From the NCBI GenBank assembly GCA_963778415.1, contig CAVZUI010000013.1:67976-131975 (forward strand): a stretch of DNA of 64,000 bases, written 5' to 3'. Shown here one piece after another: positions 1-9,425 of the stretch. Position 1 is the stretch's first letter; each line of letters opens with the position of its first letter. Below the pieces are notes generated by a model. That model did no database searches. It worked only from the letters and a program-made list of their open reading frames with translations, and was not told the DNA's origin. The stretch is from an uncultured Acidimicrobiales bacterium (GTDB lineage Bacteria > Actinomycetota > Acidimicrobiia > Acidimicrobiales > VFJN01). The position numbers were made by a program, and so were the translations under genes.

Positions 1-641
1 GCGCCCGCGAACGAGAACGGCTGGCCGCCGGGCCCGTTCTCGCGGTAGCCGTTGGCCAGCAGGATGTTGCCCTCGACGTGGCTGCGGCGCGAGCCGGTCT
101 CGAGGTAGATGCCGCTGCTGCCGGCACCGTTCACCTGGTTGCGGCGCAGGGTGACGCCCTCGACGTAGCCGTCGACGAAGATGCCGACCCCGCGCGAGCC
201 GCGGAAGACCGAGTCCTCGACGACGATGTCGGCCGTGCCGTTCTCGTACTCCTGGCCCTGGGGCAGGGTGCGGAAGCCGTCCCGGGTCACGCGGAGGCTG
301 TTGAGGAAGCCCTCGACGGTGCAGTTCCGCACCGTCACGCCGTGCAGCGGGGTGTCGATCGGGGTGGACACCAGGATGCCGCGGCCCCCGGCTCCGGGGG
401 CGCTGCGGATCGTCGCGCCCTGGCAGTCGAGCGTGACCCCGGACGCGGTGATGTCGACGCCCAGCGTGTAGGTGCACTCCGGGTCGAGGTGAGACGTCTC
501 GGTGAGCTGGATCCGCTCGTCCGCCCGGTCGCACCCGATCAGGACCGAGCCCTCTTCGGGGGGCGGCGGCTCGCACGCCACGACGGCGCACAGCGCCAGC
601 ACGGCCGCGCCGCTCGCCATGACCAGCCGCTGCGTGTCCAT
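1..641 (-). CDS. Right-handed parallel beta-helix repeat lipoprotein, N-terminal part only (gene runs off the left edge)
   Basis: Not in the ORF track because there is no stop in the window. Reverse translation from ATG 639-641 gives MDTQRLVMASGAAVLALCAVVACEPPPPEEGS (signal peptide plus lipobox Cys). This is followed by beta-helix-like turns: VTLDCQGATIRS, VTVRNCTVEGF, IVVEDSVFRGSRGVGIFVDGYVEGVTLRRNQV, GIYLETGSRRSHVEGNILL. The frame has GC-rich third positions. Confidence 0.6.
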   Translation of the reverse strand, partial: MDTQRLVMASGAAVLALCAVVACEPPPPEEGSVLIGCDRADERIQLTETSHLDPECTYTLGVDITASGVTLDCQGATIRSAPGAGGRGILVSTPIDTPLHGVTVRNCTVEGFLNSLRVTRDGFRTLPQGQEYENGTADIVVEDSVFRGSRGVGIFVDGYVEGVTLRRNQVNGAGSSGIYLETGSRRSHVEGNILLANGYRENGPGGQPFSFAG

Positions 642-727
642 CTCGCGTCCCCTCGCCTGCGCCCGTGCGGGCCGAATGTAGGCGCGGGCCGCGGGGTGTG
701 GACGATCCGACGCCCACCGGGCCGCGG

Positions 728-1929
728 GTGGCGCTGTGGCAGCCTGGGCCGGTGCGCACCTTCGACGTGGCCGAACGGCGGTCCCGCCTCGTCCGGCGGC
801 ACCACCTGGCGCCCGGTCACAAGGCTCCCGACGTCGAGGCGGCCAGCGACGGCGTGGTCTGCCTGCACGCCACCGACCCGCCGACGGTGTACCTGTCGGC
901 GTGGGCGCGGGTGGACGGTCTGACCCGGACCGACGTCGACAAGGCCCTGTACGCCGATCGCACCCTGGTCAAGCACCTCTGCATGCGCCGGACGCTGTTC
1001 GTGTTCCGGCGCGACCTGTTCGGCGTGACGGTGGCGGCGGCGAGCACCCGGGTGGCCGACCAGGAGCGGCGGCGGCTCGTGAAGGCGGTCGAGAAGGCGG
1101 GGTTCGTCGCCGACGGCGCGGCCTGGCTGCGGGCCGCCGAGGCGGCCACGCTCGAGGCGCTCGACGAGGTGGGCGAGGCGAGCTCGACCGAGCTGCGCAA
1201 CGCGGTCGAGCTCCTGCAGGGGTCGACCGTGTACGCGCCGCACAAGGCCTACGGCGGCAACGTGCCCGTGGGACCGCGCGTGCTGACCTGCCTGTCCGCC
1301 GCGGGCGAGATCGTGCGGGCGTCGAACCGCGGTGGTTGGTACGTGTCGCGGCCCGCCTGGGCGCGGACGTCCACGTGGCTGGGGGAGCAGCCCCCGGTCG
1401 TGCCCGAGCGCGAGGCGCGCGCCGAGCTGGTGCGCCGGTGGCTGTACGCCTTCGGTCCGGCGACCGAGGCCGACCTCAAGTGGTGGATGGGGTCGACGGT
1501 CACGGCGACCCGCGCCGCGCTGGCCGACGTCGGCGCCGTCGAGGTCGATCTTCACGGCGGGCCCGGGGTCGCTCTGGCCGACGACCTCGATCCCGTCGAT
1601 CCGCCCGAACCGTCGGCCGCGTCTGCTGACCGGCCCTCGACCCGACGACGATGGGGTGGTTCGAGCGCGACTGGTACCTCGGTGGACATCGGCCCGTCAT
1701 CTTCGACAGCACCGGGAATGGCGGCACGACGGCCTGGTGGGACGGTCGCATCGTCGGCGGCTGGTGCCAGGCGCCCGACGGTGAGGTGCTCCTCCAGCTC
1801 CTCGACGACGTGGGGGCCGACGCCACGGCGGCGCTCGAGCGGGAGGCGGCCCGCCTCACGACCTGGGTCGACGGGGTCAGGGTCGCGCCGCGCTTCCCGT
1901 CACCCCTGTCGCGGTCGGTCTCGGGGTGA
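728..1929 (+). CDS. Winged-helix DNA-binding protein, YcaQ/AlkZ-like (DUF1006) family; one apparent frameshift near 1610-1650
   Basis: ORF 665-1969 reads FDVAERRSRLVRRHHL...VCLHATDPPTVYLSAWARV...RTLVKHLCMRRTLFVF...ELVRRWLYAFGPATEADLKWWMG, then degenerates after DPPEP. The C-terminus continues in ORF 1651-1929 (MGWFERDWYLGGHRPVIFDSTGNGGTTAWWDGRIVGGW). The start is uncertain (GTG 728 or 752). Confidence 0.8.
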
Positions 1930-1952
1930 CCGGCGATCGTGGCGGCGGGCGG

Positions 1953-2789
1953 TCAGAGCACCGGGTTGAGGTCGTGGTCGGCGAGGGCGCCGAGCGGGCG
2001 TCCGCCGAGCCACGCCCGCCGGTCGACCTCCTGCGCGTCGGTGACCTCGGGCAGGACCCGGGCGCCGTCGGCGAAGTAGATCACGGTCATCACCGGGCGC
2101 AGGTGGTCGGTCGGGTTCGGCCCGGCGCTGTGGAACGTCCACCCGCCGTGGAAGGTGGCGTCACCGGCCGTCAAGCGCGCCGTGGGTGTCGAGCGGGCAG
2201 CTGCTCGCTCGATCAGGGCGGCGAAGCGCGCGGTCGGACTCGTCCGAGATCGCGTACCCGCCGAGGTCGCCGAGCAGGTGGCTGCCGGAGGCGAACGTCA
2301 TCGATCCGATCTCGTCGGGCAGGTCGATGAGCGGCATCCACATCGTGATCGTGCGGTCGGCGTCGAGCGGCCAGTAGTACTGGTCCTGGTGCCACGGCGT
2401 GCGACCGCCGCCGGCCTCCTTGCACAGCGCCTGATCGTGGTAGAGCCGCACCCGCTCGACACCGAGGAGGGCTGCGGCCACTCCGGCGAACCGCGCGGGC
2501 GAACACGAAGCGGCGCGATCCGCTCGTCGACCCGCCACAGGTTGAACGACTGGAGGAAGAGGCTGGCGTAGCTGCCGACCTCGGCCGGCTGGTCCTTGTT
2601 CCAGGCGTGCTCGATGGCGGCGGCCTCGATGATCGGGCGGTAGGCGGCGGCCTCCTCGGGTGACGCGAGGCCGCGCACGACCACGTGCCCGTGCGCGGCG
2701 AACTCGGTGGCCGCGGCCGGGTCGAGGGGGAACGGGTCGTCGAGCGTGGGCACGTCCTGGCGGCCTGCGGGCCGCACCACATCTGCCAT
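1953..2789 (-). CDS. Phytanoyl-CoA dioxygenase (PhyH) family Fe(II)/2-oxoglutarate oxygenase; two apparent frameshifts (~2170, ~2530)
   Basis: Three collinear minus-strand pieces make up the gene. Frame of ORF 2298-3062: MADVVRPAGRQDVPTLDDPFPLDPAAATEFAAHGHVVVRGL...SFNLWRVDERIA. ORF 2161-2538: RVRLYHDQALCKEAGGGRTPWHQDQYYWPLD...MWMPLIDLPDEIGSMTFASGSH. ORF 1953-2174: GDATFHGGWTFHSAGPN. The HxD...H iron-ligand pattern is present. Confidence 0.8.
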
Positions 2790-2846
2790 GGCTCCCCCTC
2801 GACTCGTGGCGTCACGGTACCGGTGCCGACCGGTACGGTCCGGCAG

Positions 2847-4117
2847 ATGACCGTGCACGAGGCAGAAGGCGACGTCGGCGCGCTGTTCCACCGGGCCGGC
2901 ACGTGGGCCGACATGGACGCCTGGCACGAGCGGGTCGCCGAGCTCCGCCGCACCGACCCGATCCTGCGCGTCGACGACGCCGGGCTTCGCGCCGTTCTGG
3001 GTGCTGACCCGCCACGCCGACGTCTTCGCCGTGACCCGCGACAACGAGCGCTGGCTCAACACGCCCCGCTCGGTGCTCGGGCCCGACGACGGACTGGCAG
3101 CAGATGCTCGACGGCGGGCATGCCGCGTGCCGGCGACGCTCGTGCACCTCGACGGCGACGACGCACCGCGACCACCGGCAGGTCACCAACGACTGGTTCA
3201 AGCCCGCCGCGGTCGGCGCACCGCCAGCCCCGCATCGACGAGCTCGCCGACCTCTTCGTCGAGCGCATGCGCGAGCTCGGCGGCGAGTGCGACTTCGCCA
3301 AGGACATCGCCCAGCCCTACACGCTGCGCGTGATCATGGACATCTACGGCGTGCCCGAGGAGGACGAGCCGCTGATGATGGACCTCACCCAGGGCATCTT
3401 CGGCGCCGCCGACCCCGAGTTCCTCGGCGACGCCGAGCGACCCGGGCGAGCGGATGATCGCGTCGGTCATGAAGTTCATCCAGTACTTCAACGAGCTCAC
3501 CGACGACCGCCGGGCCTGCCCGGCCGACGACCTCGCCAGCGTCATCGCCAACGGCGAGGTCGACGGCTGCCCGATGGGCGACATCGAGCGGCTCTGGTAC
3601 TACATCATCGTCGCCACCGCCGGCCACGACACGACGTCGTTCGCCCTCGCCGGCGGCATGGAGGCAGCTGCCCGCGACCCCGAGCAGCTCTGCGGCGCTG
3701 GCGGGCGACGACGAGGCCGTCGTCAACGCGGCCGACGAGATCATCCGCTGGACCTCGCCGGTGCGCCACTTCCTCCGCTACGCCACCGAGCCGACGGCGA
3801 TCGGCGGCGTCGACATCCCCGAGGGCGGGCGGGTGCTGCTGTCGCTACCCGTCGGCCAACCGCGACGAGGACGTCGTTCGCCGACCCGATGACGCTTCGA
3901 CGTCCGCCGCCCCGACGCCGACAAGCTGCTCGCGCTTCGGCGTCGGCGCCCACTTCTGCCTCGGCGCCCAGTTCGCCCGCCGGGAGCTGCGCACGATGCT
4001 GCGACCGGCTCAGCCGCGAGCTGACCCACGTCGAGCTCGGCGGGCGAGCCCGAGTGGGCGCTGAGCCACTTCGTCAGCGGCGTCAAGCACCTGCCGATCG
4101 CCTACCGCATGCGCTGA
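2847..4117 (+). CDS. Cytochrome P450; about six apparent frameshifts
   Basis: Collinear pieces occur in all three plus frames: MTVHEAEGDVGALFHRAGTWADMDAWHERVAELRRTDPILRV; FWVLTRHADVFAVTRDNERWLNTPRSVLGPDD; HRDHRQVTNDWFKPAAV; IDELADLFVERMRELGGECDFAKDIAQPYTLRVIMDIYGVPEEDEPLMMDLTQGIFG; IASVMKFIQYFNELTDDRRACPADDLASVIANGEVDGCPMGDIERLWYYIIVATAGHDTTS; and the heme-Cys loop FGVGAHFCLGAQFARRELRTML. The stop TGA is at 4115-4117. Confidence 0.85.
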
Positions 4118-4120
4118 GGG

Positions 4121-4966
4121 TCAGAGCGTGTCGCGGTAGGCGTCGACCCACAGCTTCGGGTCGACCGGGACGAGCATCCCGGCGGCCAGGTACATGTCGA
4201 GCTGGAGCAGCAGGGCGTGCCAGGTGGCGGCCAGCTCGGCGTCGGTGCCGATCCCGGCATGGGTCAGGCGGAACACGCTGCCGTGCTCGACGGGCTCGAC
4301 CTCCCAGGTCAGGGGGTCGCCGGCCCGATCGGCGGCCCCCCAGCCCGCCATCGCCGCGGGATCGCTCGTGGCGGCGCGGACGCGGTCGGGGTCGACGTGG
4401 GTCGCCCGCTCCCACCGCAGCGCGCCCCGGCCGTCGGGCCGGCCGAGCTCGGGCCCGATCCGCTCGACGTAGTGGTGGTACAGCGCCAGCCCGTCGTCGC
4501 CCTCGGGCGGGGCGTCGGTCTCGGCCAGCGCCCGCCCGAGCGCGTCGAGGCAGGCGTGCCAGCCCGAGCCGTTCCGGGCCGCCACCGACTGGTGGCTGAG
4601 CAGCTGGGTGAAGACGAGGAGCGTGCCGCCGGCGTCGGCGAGGAGCTCGAAGCGCAGCACCTCGCCGCCCCACGTGAACGAGAAGACCGTGGGCGGGTCG
4701 TAGACCAGGACGTGGCCGCGGAAGGGCGGGCCGTCGTCGCGGGTCGGCTCGCCCGCGGCGCGTGCGGCCGCCCGCTGCGCCTCGTCGTCGAACACGAGCT
4801 CGGCGCCGAGGGTGCGCTCGCCGATCACGGCCGACGGGAACCACGCACCCATCTCCTCGGGGGCGCTGATGGCGCGCCACACGCGCTCGACGGGCTGGTG
4901 GAACCGCCGCTCGAACCGCAGTGCGGGACGGCCGTCGACGGTGACGAGGGTGCCGTCGTTGCTCAT
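4121..4966 (-). CDS. SRPBCC superfamily protein with two AHSA1/START-like domains
   Basis: This is the C-terminal 281 aa of ORF 4121-5275, from MSNDGTLVTVDGRPALRFERRFHQPVERVWRAISAPEEMGAWFP to a second repeat RWERATHVDPDRVRAATSDPAAMAGWG. The ATG at 4964-4966 overlaps the restored ArsR stop by 4 nt (ATGA). Confidence 0.8.
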   Translation of the reverse strand: MSNDGTLVTVDGRPALRFERRFHQPVERVWRAISAPEEMGAWFPSAVIGERTLGAELVFDDEAQRAAARAAGEPTRDDGPPFRGHVLVYDPPTVFSFTWGGEVLRFELLADAGGTLLVFTQLLSHQSVAARNGSGWHACLDALGRALAETDAPPEGDDGLALYHHYVERIGPELGRPDGRGALRWERATHVDPDRVRAATSDPAAMAGWGAADRAGDPLTWEVEPVEHGSVFRLTHAGIGTDAELAATWHALLLQLDMYLAAGMLVPVDPKLWVDAYRDTL

Positions 4967-5275
4967 GGGGTGACCTCCAGGTGGCGCTCGAGGCGGTCGA
5001 ACGACCGGCTCCAGAGCCGTCGGTACGGGGCCGAGCCACTCGTCGATCTCGGCGAGGGGCTCGGGTCGGACGCGGTAGAGGCGCCGCTGCGCGTCGGCCC
5101 GCACGTCGACGAGGCCGGCGTCGCGCAGGACGCGGAGGTGCTTGGACACCGCGGGCTGGCTGATGGAGAGCTGGTCGACGAGGTCGCCGACAGGGCGCTC
5201 GCCCTCGCACAGGAGGTCGAGGATCGCCCTGCGAGTCGGTTCGGCGAGGACGGCGAAGCTCACGTCCCCGAGCAT
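4963..5275 (-). CDS. ArsR/SmtB family transcriptional regulator; one extra base in a G4 run at 5027-5030 fuses it to the downstream gene in the ORF track
   Basis: The N-terminus reads AVLAEPTRRAILDLLCEGERPVGDLVDQLSISQPAVSKHLRVLRDAGLV (wHTH). Removing one base of the homopolymer at 5027-5030 gives EWLGPYRRLWSRSFDRLERHLEVTP-stop, the typical tail of ArsR proteins paired with AHSA1 genes. Confidence 0.85.
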
Positions 5276-5282
5276 GCTCCTC

Positions 5283-5296
5283 CAGCTATATAGCTG
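5283..5296. promoter_or_regulatory. Perfect 14-bp palindrome CAGCTATATAGCTG, candidate ArsR operator/promoter element
   Basis: It lies 8 nt upstream of the ArsR start (5275), in the divergent region shared with the Usp gene. It is an AT-rich core in a GC-rich genome. Confidence 0.45.
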
Positions 5297-5384
5297 TCAA
5301 GGCATGTATGGGCCGCGGTTCGGGATGCCGGCTGAGGACTTCCGTCACTTGCCGGGGTCGTCGAGCGTGTCGCAGGCTGACGCC

Positions 5385-6316
5385 ATGGCAGAGATCGTCG
5401 TCGGAGTGGACGGGTCGGAACACGGGGCGGCGGCGCTGCGCTGGGCGGCCCGCGAGGCGGGGTTGCACGGCCACGACCTGGTGGCCGTGCTGGTGTGGGA
5501 CCTGTTCAACCAGCACCACGCGGACGGCAGTCAGCGCTTCGACCCCGACTACGGCGAGGACGCCGCCGACGCCGCCCTGGCCGCGGCGGTCGAGGCGGCC
5601 CTGGGCGCGGAGGCGGCGTCGCAGGTGGTGCGCCGCGCGGTGTGCGACCTGCCGGCTCCGGGCCTGCTGGCCGCGGCGCACGGCGCGGACCTGCTCGTGG
5701 TGGGTGCTCGCGGGCTGGGCGGGTTCCGCGGCCTGCTCCTGGGATCCGTCAGCCAGCAGTGCCTGCACCACGCCGAGGTTCCGATCGCGATCGTGCGCGG
5801 CGACAGCGATGACGGTCCGCACGAGGGGACCCGCGAGCGGGTCGTGGTCGGCGTCGACGGCTCCGACCAGTCGATGGCGGCCCTGCGGTGGGCGCTCGCC
5901 GAGGGGGCGGCGCGCAAGGCCGTGGTGCAGGTGGTGCACGCCTGGACCGCACCCATGATCTACGGGCCCGTGAGCGGCGCGTCGGGGTCGGACGTCGGCG
6001 TCATCGAGGGCGGGGCCCGCCGCATGGTGGACGACATGGTCGACCGGGCGGTCGAGGGAGCGTCCCCTGTCGACGTCGAGCGGACGGCGGTGCCCGGGCG
6101 GGCCGGCGTCGAGCCTGGTCGACGGCGGCGGACGACGCCGATCTCGTCGTCGTGGGCCGGCGTGGCCTCGGAGGTTTCGGTCGCCTCCTCCTCGGATCGG
6201 TGTCCGAGCACGTGGCCCGGCACGCCGGCTGTCCGGTCGTCGTGATCCCACCGGGGACGAGGGCTGACACACGGTCGGACCGCCCACCGGGGGCTCGCCG
6301 CTCGGCGTGGTCTTGA
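5385..6316 (+). CDS. Universal stress protein, tandem Usp domains; one apparent frameshift near 6110
   Basis: The frame of ORF 5142-6245 from MAEIVVGVDGSEHGAAALRWAAREA...LLVVGARGLGGFRGLLLGSVSQQCLHHAEVPIAIV gives domain 1. Domain 2 follows as VVVGVDGSDQSMAALRWAL. The C-terminus continues in ORF 5888-6316 (ADLVVVGRRGLGGFGRLLLGSVSEHVARHAGCPVVVI). Confidence 0.85.
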
Positions 6317-6614
6317 CCGACGGAAGCGCCTGACCAGGCCCAGCACTACGCGGCCAGCGACTACTTCCCGCAGCGCCGGGTGATGGACCGCATCAGCATC
6401 GTGGGGACGCCCGTTCGGGGTCGCCGGACCACCGCACCCACCGCGTCGACACCGACCTGATCGCCGCGAACGCGTGGCGCGGTCGCCCGCCCGGCACGGT
6501 TGTCGCGCGTGGCCCTCTCCGTGAGGCAGAATGGCGAACGCGTGGGGACGTGGATCGGCGGACGCCGTCGCCCCGCCGTGGCGGAGCCAGACAGGGCATG
6601 CGGGAGCGAGGACG

Positions 6615-7177
6615 ATGCGGGACCTCTGGGCGGAACTGAAGCAAGCCGTGGGCGCGGCCCTCGACCGGGTGCACCCCGGGGTGCTGATCGTCACCGGCCT
6701 GGCGGCCGTCGTGATCGTGTTCGGCGCGCTGGGCCTGGCGATGCTCGCGGACGGCGACCGTGGCGTCGAGGACCTCGGGCTCGGCGCTCCGCCGGCCCGG
6801 TCGGCAGGAGGGCGAGGCCGCGTCCGACGACGGCGGGTCGGCCGGCTCGGGCGGCGGGGGCGACTCGCTGTCCGACGGCCTCACGACGCGTGGCGAGGAC
6901 CGATCGGGCGACCCGGGCGGCAGCGTCACGCCGCCGCGGCGGGCCCGGCTGCCGCGACGGGCGCCGCCGCGCCGTCGTCCGCACGCGGACGGGGCCCCGC
7001 CGACGGCGGCGGTCGCCTCCCGGCACCGGTCCCACGACGACCGGCGCCCCCGCGCCGAGCCCACCGCCCCCGCCACGACGGCCACGACCGCGGCCCCCAC
7101 CACGCCGCACGACCGCACCCGATCAGTCGAGCCCCGGCCTGCTCGGCGGTCTGCTCGACGTGCTCGGCCTCGTCTGA
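6615..7177 (+). CDS. Hypothetical membrane-anchored Gly/Pro-rich protein (frame uncertain after ~6800)
   Basis: ATG 6615 gives MRDLWAELKQAVGAALDRVHPGVLIVTGLAAVVIVFGALGLAMLADG, one clear TM helix. Downstream is low-complexity sequence readable only by switching frames (SDDGGSAGSGGGGDSLSDGL; ...DQSSPGLLGGLLDVLGLV-stop at 7177). No family was recognised. Confidence 0.35.
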
Positions 7178-7203
7178 CGGCGCGGCCCCGGCTCAGGCGG
7201 CGG

Positions 7204-7792
7204 TCAGGCGACCGCCGCCGCCGCGTCGGACGCCTCGGGCTGCTCGTCGGTGCGGGCGGTGCGCACGTCGTCGACCGTGACGTTCACCTCGACCACGCGC
7301 AGGCCGAGCATCCGCTGCGTCTTGCGGGCCACGTTGGCCTGCACCTGGCGGGCCACGTCGAGGACGACGTGGCCGAACTCGACCATGATCGTGACGCTGA
7401 TCGCCACGTCGTGGCCCTTGACCTCGGCCTTGACGCCCTGGTCGCCCACGCTTGTTGCCGAGGCCGATGCGCTCGCGGACGCTCTCGACCGCGCGCTCGA
7501 AGTCGCCGCCGAGGTCGGCCACGCCCTCGACCTCCATGGCGGCCAGCCCGGCCACCTTCTCGACCACCTCGTCGGCGATGTGGATGCGGCCCTTGACCTC
7601 GGGCGAGCCCGCCGGCCCCTGGTCGGGGCGGGGCTGCTCTGGTCGAGGTTGCTCGGGCCGCGGCTGTTCCGCCCGGGGTTGCGGGGCGAAGCGCGGTGCG
7701 GTCGCGGCCGCCGGTCCCGGCGCCGGATCGGGGCGCGGCCCGAACGGTGCCGGGCCGTTCTGGCCGGGGGTGTCGGTCGTGAAGTCGGACAT
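7204..7792 (-). CDS. Asp23/Gls24 family envelope stress response protein; one apparent frameshift near 7450
   Basis: ORF 7193-7831 frame from MSDFTTDTPGQNGP...PEVKGRIHIADEVVEKVAGLAAMEVEGVADLGGDFERAVESVRERIGLG. It continues in the ORF 7204-8232 frame: DQGVKAEVKGHDVAISVTIMVEFGHVVLDVARQVQANVARKTQRMLGLRVVEVNVTVDDV. The N-terminus carries EQPRP x3. Confidence 0.85.
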
Positions 7793-7950
7793 CGTGTGCC
7801 TCCTGGTCGCCGCCCACCCGGTGGCAGGCACGCGCGCGCCGGGCCGCCAGGTCCCCAGGTGTTCGCCAGCCCAGCCGCGGCGCCCGTGACTGTACGTCCC
7901 CCGGGCGGCCCTGTCAGTGCCGTCCGGACGGGCGGCGTTAGGGTGGCGCC

Positions 7951-8319
7951 ATGGCCAAGCCCGACGTGAGCATCCCCGCCTCCGAGCCGCCCGCCGACCT
8001 CGTCGTCGACGACATCGTGGTGGGCGACGGAGACGAGGCCACCGCCGGCAACGACGTCGAGGTGCACTACGTCGGCGTGGCGTGGTCGAACGGCGAGCAG
8101 TTCGACGCCTCGTGGGACCGGGGCGACACGTTCTCGTTCCGACTCGGCGCCGGTCAGGTCATCGAGGGCTGGGACACCGGTGTGCAGGGCATGCGGGTCG
8201 GTGGCCAGCGGCGCCTCACCCTGCCCCCGCACCTCGCCTACGGCCCGCGCGGCGCCGGCGGGGTCATCGGCCCCGACGAGACGCTCGTGTTCGTGGTCGA
8301 CCTCGTGGGCGTGAGCTGA
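7951..8319 (+). CDS. FKBP-type peptidyl-prolyl cis-trans isomerase
   Basis: Intact 122-aa ORF: VEVHYVGVAWSNGEQFDASWDRGDTFSFRLGAGQVIEGWDTGVQGMRVGGQRRLTLPPHLAYGPRGAGGVIGPDETLVFVVDLVGV. Confidence 0.95.
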   Translation: MAKPDVSIPASEPPADLVVDDIVVGDGDEATAGNDVEVHYVGVAWSNGEQFDASWDRGDTFSFRLGAGQVIEGWDTGVQGMRVGGQRRLTLPPHLAYGPRGAGGVIGPDETLVFVVDLVGVS

Positions 8320-8374
8320 GAGAGGCCGAGCAGGATGGGCTCTCGTCGCAGCCCACGCGTGGGGATCTCGGAGC

Positions 8375-9425
8375 GTGAGGACCGGCTCGGCAGCCGGCCG
8401 CCAGGCAGCACGTCAAGCGGCGATCCGCGCGGCCGTACCGAACCGCCCCGCGCCCGAGGGTCGTGTGAACGGGCGGGCCGCGTCCGGGCGGTGGGCGGCG
8501 ATCGTCGCCTGCCTGGTGATCGCCGGCGCGGCCGCGTGCGTGCAGGCCGACGTGCCCGAGTCGCTGCCCGGGCCGACGTCGACCACGACGACGACCGCGG
8601 CGCCGACGCCCGAGCCCGACTGCGGGGTTCCCGAGGCGAGCCTGCGCCCGACCGGCCCGGCCACCACCGCGGTGCCGCCGGGCTCGACGATGGCCGAGAT
8701 CCGGGCCCGCGGGCGGCTGCTCGTCGGGGTCGACACCGCCACGTTGCGCCTCTCGAGCGTCGACCCGCAGACAGGCGCTGTTCGAGGGGTTCGACGTGGA
8801 CATCGCCCGCGAGGTGGCCGCCGCCCTGTTCGGCGACCCCGATCGCATCAGCTTCGTCGGCATCCCCAGCAGCGACCGGGTCCAGGCCCTGGTCGACGGG
8901 CGCGTCGACATGGTCGCGGACGTGTTCACCCCCACGTGCAGCCGCCGCGAGGACATCGACTTCTCGACGAACTACTACGACTCGCAGCAGTTGGTGCTGG
9001 TGCGCGACGACGACCCCGCGCGGACGACCGACGACCTCGCCGGCCACACGATCTGCGGCTCGGCCGGTTCGACCACCCTGGCCCGCGTCGCCGAGCTGCC
9101 CGACGTCGAGCCCGTGCCCGCCGCCGAGCGGGCCGACTGCCTGGTGAAGCTGCAGGAGGGCGAGGTCGACGGCATGTCGACCAACGACACGATCCTCGTC
9201 GGCTTCCGCGCCCAGGACCCCAACCTGCGATTCCTCGAGGGCTCGCTCAACCGGGAGCCCACCGCCATCGGCCTGCCGCGCGACCGGCCCGAGTGGGTGC
9301 GCTACGTCAACGCGGTGCTCGACCAGGTACGGACCTCGGGGCGGTGGGTCGAGCTGTACGACCTCTGGCTGGCTGACCTGCTCGGGCCGACCGCCGGCCC
9401 GCCTCCGCCCGTGTACGTCGATTGA
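8375..9425 (+). CDS. Amino-acid (glutamate/polar) ABC transporter substrate-binding lipoprotein; one apparent frameshift near 8775
   Basis: ORF 8375-9376 N-terminus has a signal peptide with lipobox ([16 protein letters not shown]) and [26 protein letters not shown]. The remainder is in ORF 8796-9425: [23 protein letters not shown]...[32 protein letters not shown]...[11 protein letters not shown]. The start codon is uncertain. Confidence 0.85.

Noticed and set aside
4121-5275. The single 384-aa ORF, which suggests an ArsR fused to a double-SRPBCC protein.
   Set aside because: The linker (GPVPTALEPVVRPPRAPPGGHP) is off-frame sequence. Deleting one base of the G4 run at 5027-5030 restores the conserved ArsR tail PYRRLWSRSFDRLERHLEVTP-stop and an ATGA overlap with the SRPBCC start. 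I therefore called two genes.
6317-6470. A possible remnant of an LLM-class oxidoreductase C-terminus (DQAQHYAASDYFPQRRVMDRISIVGTP...VDTDLIAA) downstream of the Usp gene.
   Set aside because: It is only about 50 aa, needs a frame change, and has no start or upstream portion. The similarity rests on my recollection of the ..IVGTP.. motif only. It could equally be chance.
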